Positions 1-12,900 of a stretch of DNA of 64,000 nt are shown here, piece by piece (within the stretch, counting starts at the first letter, position 1; each line of letters begins with the position of its first letter). The notes below the pieces were generated by a model, which worked only from the letters and a program-made list of their open reading frames with translations, was not told the DNA's origin and did no database searches. The stretch spans positions 1-64,000 of the forward strand of contig JBODTK010000102.1 in assembly GCA_050613775.1 (NCBI GenBank), in the 5' to 3' direction. Origin of the DNA: Neocallimastix sp. 'constans' (lineage: Eukaryota). A program made the translations under genes and the position numbers.

Positions 1-407
1 AAAATGTTTATATAAATTAGCATTAATATTAACATTAATATATAATATAAACATAAATTTTTTTATATAAATAAATATATAATTAATATAATAATAAAAA
101 TTATTAAATATTAAATAATATATTCTCACACATATAATTCAAAACATATAAAAATTTTTATACCAATATAATATGAATTAACTTAATTTTTAATATACAA
201 TAAAATACCACCAAGAAAAATTATTAATTATTAACTTTGAAACTAGGAATAATCCACAGAAAATAATAATAATAATAGAAGTTTTAATTATTAAAGTTTT
301 ACACGAAAACTTTAACAAATAATGTTAAACAAATAAATTAAAATTTGAGTATCCGAGAAATTAATTTAATAAAACTTTTATAATATAAAATTTTAATTTA
401 TTATAAT

Positions 408-957
408 TGATATAAAATGAAATATTCAAACCTTAATTAATATAAAATTAGTTTTTATTATTCAAACATAAATTAATGTCATAAATCAAATTTAAATCTA
501 ATGATTTTACAACAATTTCAATATGTGGCTTGATTTTATATATTAATTATATATTTAATTAATAATAAATTTTATAGCATAAATCAATGTTTTAATTATA
601 TTCTTATCATTTTATATTTATATTTATATAGTTATTAAATATTTCCTTAAATAATAATTATTAATAGTTTATTCTAATCACAAGAACAATTAATTAAATA
701 GTTAATTATAACTAAATAACATAAAAATAAAGCATTTCTCTGAATTAAGAGAATAGCTGAGCAATAGTCGTCGTTGTTGTTTAAAAGTAATATTATGTTA
801 AGTTAGTTTGTAATTAAAAGAATAAGAAAGTTGTTAAATAGTCTCTTTAAATATATGTAGTTTCTATATAAAATTAAATAAATAAATAAATAATAAATTA
901 ATAAATTTAATAAATAAATCCCAACAAAAGTACATCGAACTTTTGAGTTGTATATCA
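408..957 (+). repeat. 5' LTR (550 bp)
   Basis: Same length as 4403-4952 with no difference found by eye; 7-bp terminal inverted repeat. Confidence 0.97.
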
Positions 958-959
958 TT

Positions 960-974
960 TGGTGGAGATATCGG
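960..974 (+). promoter_or_regulatory. Primer-binding site, probably tRNA-Ala 3' end
   Basis: TGGTGGAGATATCGG starts 2 nt after the LTR; complementary to a ...UCUCCACCA tRNA 3' end typical of tRNA-Ala. Confidence 0.75.
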
Positions 975-1141
975 CTCTTGTGGGAGGAAAAATATATTTA
1001 TTAAATTTTAATATTATTTTTTTTAAAATAAAATAAAATAAAATATAATATAATAATAATAATAAAAAAAAAAAAAAAAAAAAATTGTTTTCGATTAAAG
1101 AATTTTTCAGTCAATTAGAAAATAGAATTAAAGTTAAAAAT

Positions 1142-2008
1142 ATGACTGAAGAATTAATTAAAAATCAAAATAAACTAATGCAATTCCAATGCATTCAAGT
1201 CCTTTCAGATTCAAATAAGGATGTTGATGCTTGGTATAACCAGATGAAGGCTTGGATCACTCTTTACCAAATTACTGATGAAGAAGAAATTTTTAATAAT
1301 TGTAAATTTAAAGTGATTGGTAAAAGTATCCATTGTCTTAATGCATTAGTAACTAAAGATGTGGATAATAATATTGTTTATCCATCTTTAGAAGAAATAC
1401 GTGATGCTCTTCTAGAATTTCATGACTTATATATGGATCCAGAAGACATCATTGATAAACTTAAAAATATGGCAATATCTACCAGAGGGAATATAAAGGA
1501 ATTTAACAAAGAATATAAAGAATTATATAATAAACTCGATGAAGATGATCGTAGATGCATTTCTGTTTCGGATTATTTGAAGTCAATTTTTAACAAGAAA
1601 GAAGCATGGAAAGGTGTTAAACTTGCGGGAAAAAGAATTAGTCTAGCAAAAGCTTTTTCTACAGCTGAATTAATTGATGAAGTTGAAAATGAATGTGGAA
1701 AAAGAACTAGTAACTCTAATGGAAATTCTTCTTACAACCAAAAATTTAATTCACATAATAACAAAATTTTTAATAATAAACCAGTCACTCATGAATCACG
1801 TGATAATAATTTCAAAAATAATAATTTGAATAATGATGGAAATAAAGGTAAATATAGAGTCCAGATGTGCTATTTTTGTAACGAAGAAGGTCACAAGAAA
1901 TACAATTGTCCAAAATTTAATCACTTTGAATATTTGAAATACCAAAGAATGCTAAATGAAGAATCAAGTGGTTCTGCTAATGTCTCAAACGAACGTTTAA
2001 ACTACTAA
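1142..2008 (+). CDS. gag: Retrotransposon Gag with CCHC zinc knuckle
   Basis: First ATG at 1142 (the track starts at TTG 1085); CYFCNEEGHKKYNC knuckle; located just after the PBS. Confidence 0.9.
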   Translation: MTEELIKNQNKLMQFQCIQVLSDSNKDVDAWYNQMKAWITLYQITDEEEIFNNCKFKVIGKSIHCLNALVTKDVDNNIVYPSLEEIRDALLEFHDLYMDPEDIIDKLKNMAISTRGNIKEFNKEYKELYNKLDEDDRRCISVSDYLKSIFNKKEAWKGVKLAGKRISLAKAFSTAELIDEVENECGKRTSNSNGNSSYNQKFNSHNNKIFNNKPVTHESRDNNFKNNNLNNDGNKGKYRVQMCYFCNEEGHKKYNCPKFNHFEYLKYQRMLNEESSGSANVSNERLNY

Positions 2009-2047
2009 GAGGGAGTGAACGTTCTCCCTTAAATTCCAATAACGTTC
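1996..2047 (+). promoter_or_regulatory. -1 programmed ribosomal frameshift signal (UUUAAAC + H-type pseudoknot)
   Basis: T TTA AAC in gag phase at 1996-2002. Stem 1 AGGGAG 2010-2015 pairs with CTCCCT 2024-2029; stem 2 GAACGTT 2017-2023 pairs with AACGTTC 2041-2047. The -1 frame is open 1981-4380. Confidence 0.85.
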
Positions 2048-4380
2048 CTGAGAAGAAGAAATATTTTGTTGATGCTGCCAAAAGAAAGGAGTTTTCTTTA
2101 GATGCTGGAACGGAAATTAGGAAAGCTAAAGCAAATACAGCAAGTAAAAGCGATATTTTCCAAAAAGATGAAGAAGAAAAAGATGAAGTAGAAGAAGAAG
2201 TTGATTTATCTAAAAGGAAAATACTAAAACCTAAAGTTAGAAAGAATTTAAAGACGATTACCTTTAATGAGAGCATTAAAATAAATAAATCTTCTCCAGA
2301 TTTAAACAATAATAATAATCATGTTATTAATGATAATAAATTAAACAAAGATGAAGAAATTAAAAATAAAAATAAAATTAATAAAGAAAGTAATAATTAT
2401 GTTAACAAATCATCACGTGAAGACCAGTTGAATAACAAAAATAGAAATAATTTCAAAAATTCAAATATTAATAATTTACAAGGAACTGTAATTAATAAGA
2501 AAGTGGACTTTGAAGAAACAAAATTAAAAATTAATGAACAGGAAGGTAACACAAAACCAGAACGTCACATAAATCTAGCTAAATTAACCAATATGGAACC
2601 GTATGAAATTATTAAAGATTTAGCCAATACCAAATGCAATATTACTTTTGGTCAAATTCTAGATATATGTCCCAAATTAAGGTCCGAATTAACAAAAAAT
2701 TTAAAATTAGAAAAAATTAAATTTGTTAGCTCTTTGGATGCCATGAAACCTTTTATTATTAATGAAGAAGAAAATAATCAGAATAAAATAGAAAATACAA
2801 AATTTCATAGTGACGACTTGGGAATCGTAAATGCATCGGTAGACGATACCGAAGGAAGATTACTCATAGATTCTGGAAGTAATTTGAATCTAGTGAGTAC
2901 TATTTATATTAATAGTCTACCTGGTACTTATGAACAAGTTAATGTATGTAGAGGAAGAATTTATGAAGCTCTTGGGGATAGTACTATTGCGAATGCTATC
3001 GTGGTTCGACTAAAAGTTTCAATTAATAATTATACTTTCACAGCAGATTTCTGTGTTATTGATCATAAAGATATTTACTTTGATTTCTTATTAGGACTTA
3101 AATCAATTGCTGATAATTACCTTTTCATTCATCCGATGTTAAGATCGTTGTGTCGTTTTACTTCAGTTGAAAACTTTGATATCATTGCTCCTATCGTTGA
3201 GAACCAAGCTATTGAAATGAATTCGTGTGGTATCAATTTTATTAGACCTAATAAAAATAGTGAAGAAAATAGTATAAAAGAAATATCTAAGAAAAAGGAA
3301 GTATCATCTCAGGAGGGAAAGAATAAGGACTTAAAAAAAAAGGACATTATGAAAAGTAAAAATTTTAATAAGTCGGAAGAGTTAAAAATTTCTAATGCAA
3401 AAATTCCAAAAATTAATTTAGACAATAAAATTGAAAATTTAAAAATTATTTCAAATTTAAAAATTTTGAGGGAAAAAGCAAGGTATATAGAAAATCCTAA
3501 AATCATAGAAAATTCCAAAAATTCAATAAATTCTGGAGACATCAAAGATAATAAAATATATTATAATCAAAATATATATAGAAATAAATTGACTAATTCA
3601 TTTGATAATATATTAGAATATAATAATAATATGAAGAGTAATACAAATTGTAATAGGCATATACAAGAAATAAATCAAAATAAATTAAAAAAATTTTTAA
3701 ATCAATTAATTCAATTAAAATCCAATATCATTGAGTATAATAATAATATATTGAACAATATAAATTCTTATATATTACAATATAATGAAAGAGATGCTTT
3801 TATGGATGAAAAACATAAAATTAAAGATCTATGTCAATTGCAAAATCAATTATACCAAGTTTTCAATAATATAATATTATATATGAATAAAATATTAGAA
3901 AATAAAATAGATACATATATTAACAATAATAATTACCAAGTTAATGCTATAAATCATAAAGGTTCTAGTAGTAATGAAAGTGCAAATGAAATAGAAAAAG
4001 AACAAAATGAAATTAATACTAAAGATAACAAAGAAATTAGTGAATTTAAGAAAGAAGTTTTAGATGATCATTTTATAAATTTAAATGCAGAAGAATACAT
4101 TAAAGACCGAGATAACTCTAGAAAAATTATCATGAAAAATGAATTTTCAAATACTACAGAAAAATATGCAACAAAGAAACAAAATGAAATAAAAATTGGC
4201 GAGTTAGTCAAAGTAAAAAAATTTTCGAGATATAAATTAGACCCTTATTTTGTTGGACCTTATCAAGTAGTTAAAAAGAAATTTAATACAGTTCAATTAA
4301 TGGATCCTAACACACATACATGCTTAGAACGACCAGTACACCTTAAAAATATTATAAAATTTAATACAACTAATGTATAG
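1996..4380 (+). CDS. pol: Internally deleted Pol: aspartic protease + N/K-rich linker + integrase C-terminal GPY/F module
   Basis: Frame open from 1981; LLIDSGSNLNLV protease motif; KIGELV...KLDPYFVGPYQVV...VHLKNIIKF tail; no YxDD, RNase H or DDE motifs seen. Confidence 0.85.
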   Translation, partial: FKLLRGSERSPLNSNNVPEKKKYFVDAAKRKEFSLDAGTEIRKAKANTASKSDIFQKDEEEKDEVEEEVDLSKRKILKPKVRKNLKTITFNESIKINKSSPDLNNNNNHVINDNKLNKDEEIKNKNKINKESNNYVNKSSREDQLNNKNRNNFKNSNINNLQGTVINKKVDFEETKLKINEQEGNTKPERHINLAKLTNMEPYEIIKDLANTKCNITFGQILDICPKLRSELTKNLKLEKIKFVSSLDAMKPFIINEEENNQNKIENTKFHSDDLGIVNASVDDTEGRLLIDSGSNLNLVSTIYINSLPGTYEQVNVCRGRIYEALGDSTIANAIVVRLKVSINNYTFTADFCVIDHKDIYFDFLLGLKSIADNYLFIHPMLRSLCRFTSVENFDIIAPIVENQAIEMNSCGINFIRPNKNSEENSIKEISKKKEVSSQEGKNKDLKKKDIMKSKNFNKSEELKISNAKIPKINLDNKIENLKIISNLKILREKARYIENPKIIENSKNSINSGDIKDNKIYYNQNIYRNKLTNSFDNILEYNNNMKSNTNCNRHIQEINQNKLKKFLNQLIQLKSNIIEYNNNILNNINSYILQYNERDAFMDEKHKIKDLCQLQNQLYQVFNNIILYMNKILENKIDTYINNNNYQVNAINHKGSSSNESANEIEKEQNEINTKDNKEISEFKKEVLDDHFINLNAEEYIKDRDNSRKIIMKNEFSNTTEKYATKKQNEIKIGELVKVKKFSRYKLDPYFVGPYQVVKKKFNTVQLMDPNTHTCLERPVHLKNIIKFNTTNV

Positions 4381-4389
4381 TTGTATCTT

Positions 4390-4402
4390 AAGGTGGGACG
4401 AA
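4390..4402 (+). promoter_or_regulatory. Polypurine tract
   Basis: AAGGTGGGACGAA immediately before the 3' LTR. Confidence 0.75.
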
Positions 4403-4952
4403 TGATATAAAATGAAATATTCAAACCTTAATTAATATAAAATTAGTTTTTATTATTCAAACATAAATTAATGTCATAAATCAAATTTAAATCTAATGAT
4501 TTTACAACAATTTCAATATGTGGCTTGATTTTATATATTAATTATATATTTAATTAATAATAAATTTTATAGCATAAATCAATGTTTTAATTATATTCTT
4601 ATCATTTTATATTTATATTTATATAGTTATTAAATATTTCCTTAAATAATAATTATTAATAGTTTATTCTAATCACAAGAACAATTAATTAAATAGTTAA
4701 TTATAACTAAATAACATAAAAATAAAGCATTTCTCTGAATTAAGAGAATAGCTGAGCAATAGTCGTCGTTGTTGTTTAAAAGTAATATTATGTTAAGTTA
4801 GTTTGTAATTAAAAGAATAAGAAAGTTGTTAAATAGTCTCTTTAAATATATGTAGTTTCTATATAAAATTAAATAAATAAATAAATAATAAATTAATAAA
4901 TTTAATAAATAAATCCCAACAAAAGTACATCGAACTTTTGAGTTGTATATCA
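4403..4952 (+). repeat. 3' LTR (550 bp)
   Basis: Direct repeat of 408-957. Confidence 0.97.
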
Positions 4953-5140
4953 TAATATTCATTTTTATTTTAATACATTTCAAATTTTAATTTATAATAA
5001 TTTTAAAATGTTCAATTTTATCAATCCATTAAAAATAATATTAATGTTTTATTAAATGAAAATAAAATTAAATTCAATCCAATCCATAATATAAATTTCT
5101 TTATTTTTGATAAATTTTATTCAATAATATTTAATCCAAT

Positions 5141-5345
5141 CTTAAGGAAATATCCTAATAATCCAATATTAATTCGTGGTGACCATATCGTAAGAAAACA
5201 ATGATGTATAAAAATGTTTTTAGAAGAAAATAAAAAAATATCCTAATAATATAATTTTTGGTACTTCAAATCAATAATTAACACCTGAATATAAATGGAA
5301 ATCATATTAATATTTATATATAAAATTAGAAGTAGGTGAATTGTT
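5141..5345 (+). pseudogene. Decayed coding fragment, possibly a GT-A glycosyltransferase (cargo of family A)
   Basis: Reads LRKYPNNPILIRGDHIVRKQ*...KKYPNNIIFG, resembling a decayed DxD region. The homologous stretch in the other copy (~34430-34510) runs on into further coding remnants and a GT8 piece. Confidence 0.4.
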
Positions 5346-5720
5346 CTATTATATAAAATTAATAAAAAATAAAAACACACATTATTTAAATACAGTTATA
5401 TTCAATACGCTTAATATAATCTATATATAAAAAAATAAAAAAAAAAATTATATTATTATATATGTAATAATCAACAATAAACCAATATTATAAATTATAT
5501 ATTTTTATTGTTTTTGTAAATTATTTTATTTATTTTCGGAAAAATTTAAAAATAATAATTATAAATAATCTGACAAAACAAGACAAACCTAAAAAAAAAA
5601 ATAGAAATATAAAACTAAATTATAAAATGAATATAAATATATAAATAAAAATAAGAATTCTATTTTTTTAAAAAAAAAATTTTTTAGAAGTTAAAAAAAA
5701 AAAATAAAAAATAATTAGAA

Positions 5721-6468
5721 ATGGTTGAATCTAATATTTATTTTTAGTTTAACTTGGTTTAATCAAGCTTTTAAAGAACAAGTTAACGCATAATTTGGCT
5801 TTTTTTAACCAGTTAAAACTATTGATCCAAAGGTTGATACCGCTATTGATAAACTTAATAGATTAAAGAAATATATCAAACAAACTGAAGACAATGTTAA
5901 AAAGATGATTAATTGAATGAAAATTACCATGAATGCACAAAAGCAATTTGCCTTTGTTTCTAAAGATGCAAAATTAAAAGGAGATAAAGTTGTTTTAAAA
6001 CAAAAATTAAATCTTGTTAGTGATTCTTTAAGTTCAAATTCTAAGGATATTGAATGCTTATATTTAACAGCTCTGGAAAACTCCATAAATAGTTAAAAAC
6101 TTTATTAGATAAACGTTCTTAGATAAGGCTATTCGTCATGCCGAAGGTTCTGTTTACAATTATAATACTGTTCGTATTGAAATGGATATTACCACTCAAA
6201 TGATTGTTCAAACTAAACAAAAATTAAGTAATGAAATAAATGGTAGTCAGGAATATAGACAGGTTACCTTAATATTAAGGGAACATGAACAATTCTATAA
6301 AATAAAGTAGGATAAATATGAATTTTTATGTGAAGAAGTTATTCAAAGTTTGAATTATTAGAAACTAAGTGTAAGGATGATATATCATATTACCTTCAAT
6401 CTGTGTATGATTCTATGAATATTTTCTATCATCAAACAGTAAAATATTTCCCAGAAAGTGATTCATAA
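5721..6468 (+). pseudogene. Arfaptin-homology (BAR) domain pseudogene, intronless
   Basis: FKEQV..FGF..VKTIDPKVDTAIDKL, YNTVRIEMD and DKYEFLCEEVIQSL.LLE...YLQSVYDSMNIFY match the arfaptin/AH pattern; several stops and frameshifts. Confidence 0.7.
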
Positions 6469-6787
6469 AATTATAATTAAAAAAATTAATAATAATAATA
6501 ATAAAATAAGATAAAAAGACATAATAATAATTTAAGTAAAGAAAGATTAATTGATAATAGTAATGATAAAAAAAAAAAATAACACTAAACCAATTTGAAG
6601 GTAAGAGGAAATATATATATATAATTTATTAAATTTATAAATAATATCAAAATAACTTATTTCTATATACTTTCTAATATGTTAATTGTATTAGGATTAA
6701 AAATAAAAATATTATTTAATAATATAATACATTTGCCACATTTCTACTCAACTCTAACTTTCACTCAAAGTTAGATTTGAGGGGGAA

Positions 6788-6994
6788 TGTTAGAAACAAA
6801 AATGTAAAGATTTATAATTATTAATTAAAGGATAATGTTATATATATATTAATATATTAGTGTAAGGTATGTGACCAATAATAATAACAGGCCACATTTT
6901 ATGTTTAATATAAATACTATCAAAATGTACAAAATTATATAAATATACTATTCTTTATTCTTACGTAATAAACAAGTAATTCCTACTTTTCACA
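6788..6994 (+). repeat. Family A LTR (207 bp, 3' LTR)
   Basis: TGTTAGAAAC...TTTTCACA preceded by a PPT; homologous to 32555, 36131, 36720 and 49846. Confidence 0.9.
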
Positions 6995-7381
6995 AATATA
7001 ATTATAATTATAAAATTATATATTTATATTTTTAATAAAGAACATATTAAAATATACAAAAAAAAATTAAAATAAAAAATTAAAATAAAGTTATTTTCAT
7101 TCAAGATTTAAATTTTTATTATTCATAAAGTATTAAAAAAATAAGAAATAAAATACTAAATAGAAAATTAAGTTGTAAATAAATGTTTAATAAATACTTC
7201 CTTCTATTGGACCCAGTCACTATAAAATCTACATTGTAAATATTATTTGTGAATTGGTATTGGTAGTTATACCAAATATTAGGAAGGATTTCTTAGTTAA
7301 AGTAAATGCCATAATAATACAGAAAATAATAATATAGTATTAAGATAATTATAATAGTAAAATATATATTACTGTAAATTA

Positions 7382-7578
7382 AACAAGGAATTGTTTACCC
7401 TAAAGCAAGCAGGAGGAAAGAGGAATGAAAATTTGAATGACATATTGCTAGTAATTAAATTCAGAAGCCTAAAATGTGAACTTTTTATCTATGTTAAAGA
7501 AGGACACATTTAAAATACTGAATGCGACATTGCTCTATACACTAACGATATATTGATAGTTCGTAATGAAAATAAATA
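7382..7578 (+). mobile_element. Degenerate copia reverse-transcriptase fragment
   Basis: LFTLKQAGGKRNENLNDILL...IYVKE...IALYTNDILIV resembles the YGLKQ...YVDDIL region at 45770-45945. Confidence 0.7.
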
Positions 7579-8567
7579 TAATATATGTTTTTAATATATA
7601 TTACATTATTTTCTTTTTCTTTTTCAATATTTAAAAATAATATGCGAAATAGATTATAAATAAAATTTAGAAATAATTATCATATTTATCAGCGAAGATA
7701 ATTGACGGAATTAATAAATTGATATAAATTATTAGAAAGTACTCTTTTAAATTATATGACATTAGTGGAAAACAGAAAATCAATAAATATTAAAAAAATA
7801 TAATGTTTAGTAGGGATTGTGTTCCTATTTTATATTTATGTTTTTTTATTACAAAATATTTAATTATTTCATAAACTTCTTTAATGAAATTTTTATTATT
7901 ATTATAACATTAAATTATAAGACAATTGTATCAAATTAATATATAAAATAAAAATTTTTCATTTTTGAAAAACTTAACTTTTAGTACTTTTAGATATATT
8001 ATTTTAAGACTTTTATAAAATAATATACAAAAAAAGTGTTTTATAATAATATTCTCACAAAAAATTAAATTTAATACTTTGAAGAATGTTAATTTTAATT
8101 TACTTATTATTATAGTAAAAATTGATGAGTATATTTTCTACGGAAAAGAAATTTTTTTTTAAAAATTAAAATATGGAAATTTAGTATAACTTACATTTAT
8201 TACTAATGATGCATTTAAAAATTATGTTTAATTTAATATGGTTTATTCTTTTTATTATATTACAGAATGATATAAAAATAAAAAGAAAATAAATTATTAT
8301 TTAAAAAATAAATTAAAAAGAAAACAAAATCTATTTTTAATTGCTTTCATTATATAATAAAATGTCTTTTGTATTTAAATTTCTTATTTTTTTTCTTTTG
8401 TAATCTTTTTGACTCAGTTAATCAATAAATATAAAAAATAATTTTTACATTAACTCAATTAATCTATTTAATTTAATGTTTTTTATTTAAATAAAAAGGA
8501 TTTTAAATAAAAAACATTTTTTTTAAATAATAATAATTATAAATTATTAATAAAGCTAGAGAGTGAT

Positions 8568-8734
8568 TGTTAGAGACAAGATTATTATATTATTAACTTA
8601 TGTCAACCAATTATTAATCTCTAAGTAAATTAAATAATATTAAGATATAAAAATGTGAAATAAATTTAATATAAAAAATTATCTCTTCATAATAAAATAT
8701 TCTTAATAAACATTTTATAATATTACCCATAGCA
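8568..8734 (+). repeat. Family B short LTR-like repeat
   Basis: TGTTAGAGAC...CATAGCA with a purine-rich tract upstream; reverse-complement homologs at 29188 and 37262. Confidence 0.7.
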
Positions 8735-9296
8735 TAAAGTGCTTTGAGCTATTATTTTTTCTAGTTTAATGTTTTCCACTTAATATTATACTTTTTACCT
8801 TTCTCAGTTATTATATAATTAAGATTAAAAAATAAAAAAAATATATATTTCTTTCGTTGAATAGATATTTTAAATTTTTTTAACTTAATATAATAAAATA
8901 TTCACTATTTTAATTTTATTACTATAAAAAATTAACATATTTTATTACGTTTTATTACAGAAATATTTAATTATTATTAATAAATTTTGATTAGAATAAT
9001 ATATATTTTTAATAATTGAAATAAAATAAAGAAAAAATAATACTATTAAAAGGAATAAATATATTATTAATATTTATTATTAGCAGTAAAATATTTATTA
9101 TTAATAGTACAATATTTATTATTAGCTGTAATAATAATAATATTAGAAAAGAGATATTTTAATAATAGTAGAATTATTTAAAATTTTAATAATCTTTCTT
9201 ATTTCTCTATTTAAAGTAATCTAACCTTTATGAATCAAATTTTTACTACAGACAGTATTAATTAAATTTTATTTTAGTTTTATTTTTATTAAAATA

Positions 9297-9327
<31 letters not shown>

Positions 9328-9985
9328 ATTTTTTTACATTCCTAAGGAACAAAAGAAAATCGATAAAAAAGTATAAAAATTTAAAAATTTTCCATTTTTT
9401 ATTGTTTTTAATTCAAGACAAATAAAAATATTTCAATCCTTTAAATATATAAAAATATAAAACTTTTTTTTAACTAATTTATTTATTTATCTTTTATTTA
9501 TTAAGTATAAAGATAGGTATTCTTTTTATCTTTTTTCTTAGGAATTTAGATAAAATAAGAAGAACTATTACTATAGCCTTCATATTAAATAAAAAGGATA
9601 TTTAAATTATTAGTTAAAAAAGTTTTAATTTTTGTTATAAAGGACGATAATTTTTTATAATATACTTCATTAAAATAACTTATATAAACTGAAAATTGTT
9701 AAAATTTTTAATATTGTATATATTTATATTTAATATTATATTGTAAATAGTTTTGTTTTGAGAATACTTTAGAAATAATATTTATATTATTTTAAATTGT
9801 AAATTTCATGTTAAATATAAAAAAAAGAGAATTTAATTATATTTAAATTCAATACTAGAATCATCTTTTATCAAGACTAAAAACATATCATATTTATTAA
9901 AAAAAAAAGATATAAAAAAAAAAAAAAGACTGAACATTTAGTTAAATTTTGTATTAAAAAATATAATAATAAATAAAAGTTGATT

Positions 9986-12900
9986 ATGAATAATATAAAG
10001 TTTTTAATCCTACTACTGGTAGGATTTTTAGGTCTTAATTTAGGTATGAAATTTTATTTTTATTAATATTATTTTATATTAATATGAATAATAAGTATTT
10101 TTAATTAAAAATTATATATTTATATATTTGATTTAAATATTGAAATGTAAAGTTATAGGAGCCGATGCAGATGCAGAAGCGGATAAAGACCCAAATCCAG
10201 GAGCAGTTACAGAAGCAGATACAGATACAAAAACAGAAACCGGTACAAGTACAAGAGTAGCTGGTTTTTATTTTGTTAATGATAGTAATTACGAAAAATG
10301 TACAAGTGATGGTAAATGTGAAGAAGTCCCTTATCCCACTAATACATCAACATGTTCACATGATACAACCGGTACTATTATTAAAACAGCAGATGGAGTA
10401 TTTGAACTGTGTCTTGGAAAAATTGATGAAGATATCTATTCTTCAATTAAATTTAAGAATGAAATAGCAACTGAAGCGAAATACCTTGTAAAGCATACAC
10501 CCGTTGCAAACAATGTTTTTACTTTCGATGACGAAGCGTTTTACTACATTATCAAATTAACCAATAAAGGAATTGAATTTGATGCGGAAAGTACATTTAC
10601 CGATTATTGTGCAGATATTACTGGTAAAATAACAACTCGAATAGAAGACTTCTGTAGCTCTGAAGGTAGTGGTTTTTACTATACTTCTGAAAATGGTATT
10701 GTGAAATTGATTCACAGACAATCTGATTATTCAGAAGTACAGAAGTCTCTTGAAGATATTAATTATGAGTGTACAATTTCAATTTCAGAAAGTGATACTT
10801 GTACCACCAAAAAATGTGATAATTATTACATTAGTGAAGAAAATACTAACCCATCTTATTTGTTTGTTACTAGAGAAGGAAAATTCGTTTCCGATGTGAA
10901 TGGTAAAGGATTTCTTATTAAGGTGGTCAGTGACAAATCATGTTCAGTCGTTACAAAATCGTCGGCCTCCGGATATTATGAGAATCCTCTCTCCAATAAA
11001 AGTACCTATCCATTGATTTATTGTACTGGTGGATATTGTAGTTTGAAGAAAATTGAAGAAGCAAAAGGGAAGTACTATTACTTGGATGCCCAGGATAATA
11101 AGAAATTAATCTTATGTGATGAAACCAAAGACAATGAAAGTTCCATTATGACTTGTGAAACTAAAGAAATTGATAACACTTTTGTAGGATATTATAAGAA
11201 TGCCAATTCTAAAAACGAATTAATTTATTGTAGTGAAAAGAAGGAATGCAATCCAACCGTGGGAGTGAATCATTTTGCCTACATTACTAGTAACCCTTCA
11301 GAAATAATTATTTGTCAGAATGATGAATGTGAGATTGGGGATGGTTCACAAGACAAATTCTATATGAATGGTGGAAGCGATAAGATTACGAAACCTCTTC
11401 TTAAATATGACAGTAGTAATAAATGGGTCAGTACTGCAGCTGCAAAAGATTTCCTTTGTCTGAATGGTATCGAACCTTCTTCGGATAATCCAGGAGAAAA
11501 GGCATTAATTCTTTGTACGAACACCAATTCATGTAATGAAATTGATGCTGAGAATTCTCGTATCTTTATTAGTTATACAGATAATAAAATATATAAATAT
11601 GACGACTTAAATGAAAAATGGAAAGATAAAGATATTAATTTAACTAGTGCTAAAGCATATATTGTGAATTCAAACTTTGAATTATTAGAAAAAAATGGAG
11701 AAAAAGGTAAATTAGTTTACTGTACCGTAACCACTGATCAACAAGATACTAAATGTTCTATACCATCAAGTTATACTACGTACTATATTAATGCTCATGA
11801 CGAAGGTTTAATTAAGATGATATCAGGTATTCCAAATATTGTTTCAGGAGATGAATTGAAAGATGGTTTTTACGTAAACAGTGTTTCCGGAACATCACCT
11901 GATATTGTTGTATGTGGTACTGAAGTTTGCAGTAAATTTAGTGAGACAGAAGAAAATTGTAAAGATGGCGTCATCATTACCTCAAAGGGAAAATTTTGTA
12001 GTAAGAGGAATGATGATGGAAAGGGGTCAAGCTTTCCTACAACGACCTCAAAATATATTCTCAAAATTGGTAGTAGTAAAATAAATGGTAAAAGTGCTGG
12101 TAGTTATTTGTTCTCTGTGGATGGAAAAACTCTTCATATCATTGAAACGACATCCACTGATTATTACTTGGTAAGTTATACTACTAAACCCGGTTCTACC
12201 GATAAAATTTCGGAAAATATTTTTGTAACTAAAACAGATTCAGATGGTATTGTTTATGAATGTACTAATGGTCAATGTACAGCACAGTCTTTTTCGGATG
12301 GAGCCTATTATTCCAATAATGATATTAACACTGCCGGTAAATACGCATTTATTCATTGTAAAACAGATAATTCTGTAAGTAAATGTGTATTGGAAGCCAA
12401 TACCGATAAGACAAACTATTGTGTTAAAGACGATAAATTAATGTTATGTAACAGTTGTAGTGACTCTGCATCTAATTGTATAGGACAATCTGCGAAGGAT
12501 GGCTTTTATCTTAGTAATTCTGAAAAGAAGATTATTAGTTGCAATGGTAATATGTGTGAAGACTACTCTAATACAAGTGTAGGTTATTATTTAAATCAAA
12601 ATATCACAGCTCCTCTAGTACAATGTTACAATTCGATGGGTTCTATTAATTGTAAATATTCAATTACCATCAATGAAGGATACTATATTAAAGAGGATGA
12701 AAAATTAATTAGCTGTACTTCTTCTTCCTGTAAAGAAATAGATAATCCAGAGGGGTGGTACAAGAGTGGTGAAAACGGAAAAGCTATTATCCGTTGTACT
12801 AAGAGTACAAATGGTGATATTGAGAAAACTTTATGTACGGCATATCCAGTTCCAATTATTGGATACTATGTTAACGGTAATGGCCAAACAACAGATGGAA

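Larger units (their letters stand above)
408..4952 (+). mobile_element. Ty3/gypsy-derived non-autonomous LTR retrotransposon (gag + protease, no RT/RH/IN core)
   Basis: Two 550-bp direct repeats with TGATATA...TATATCA termini, 4-bp TSD TAAT (404-407, 4953-4956), PBS, PPT, CCHC gag, DSG protease and GPY/F motif. Confidence 0.95.
1..6994 (+). mobile_element. Non-autonomous copia-type LTR element (family A), 5' part outside the window; interrupted by a nested gypsy-derived element
   Basis: 1-407 plus 4953-6994 aligns with the reverse complement of ~32555-35376. Ends in a purine tract (TTTGAGGGGGAA, 6776-6787) and a 207-bp TG...CA LTR. Confidence 0.8.

Noticed and set aside
1977..2309. 110-aa antisense ORF in the gypsy element
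   Set aside because: Antisense of the E/K-rich pol frame; no independent support.
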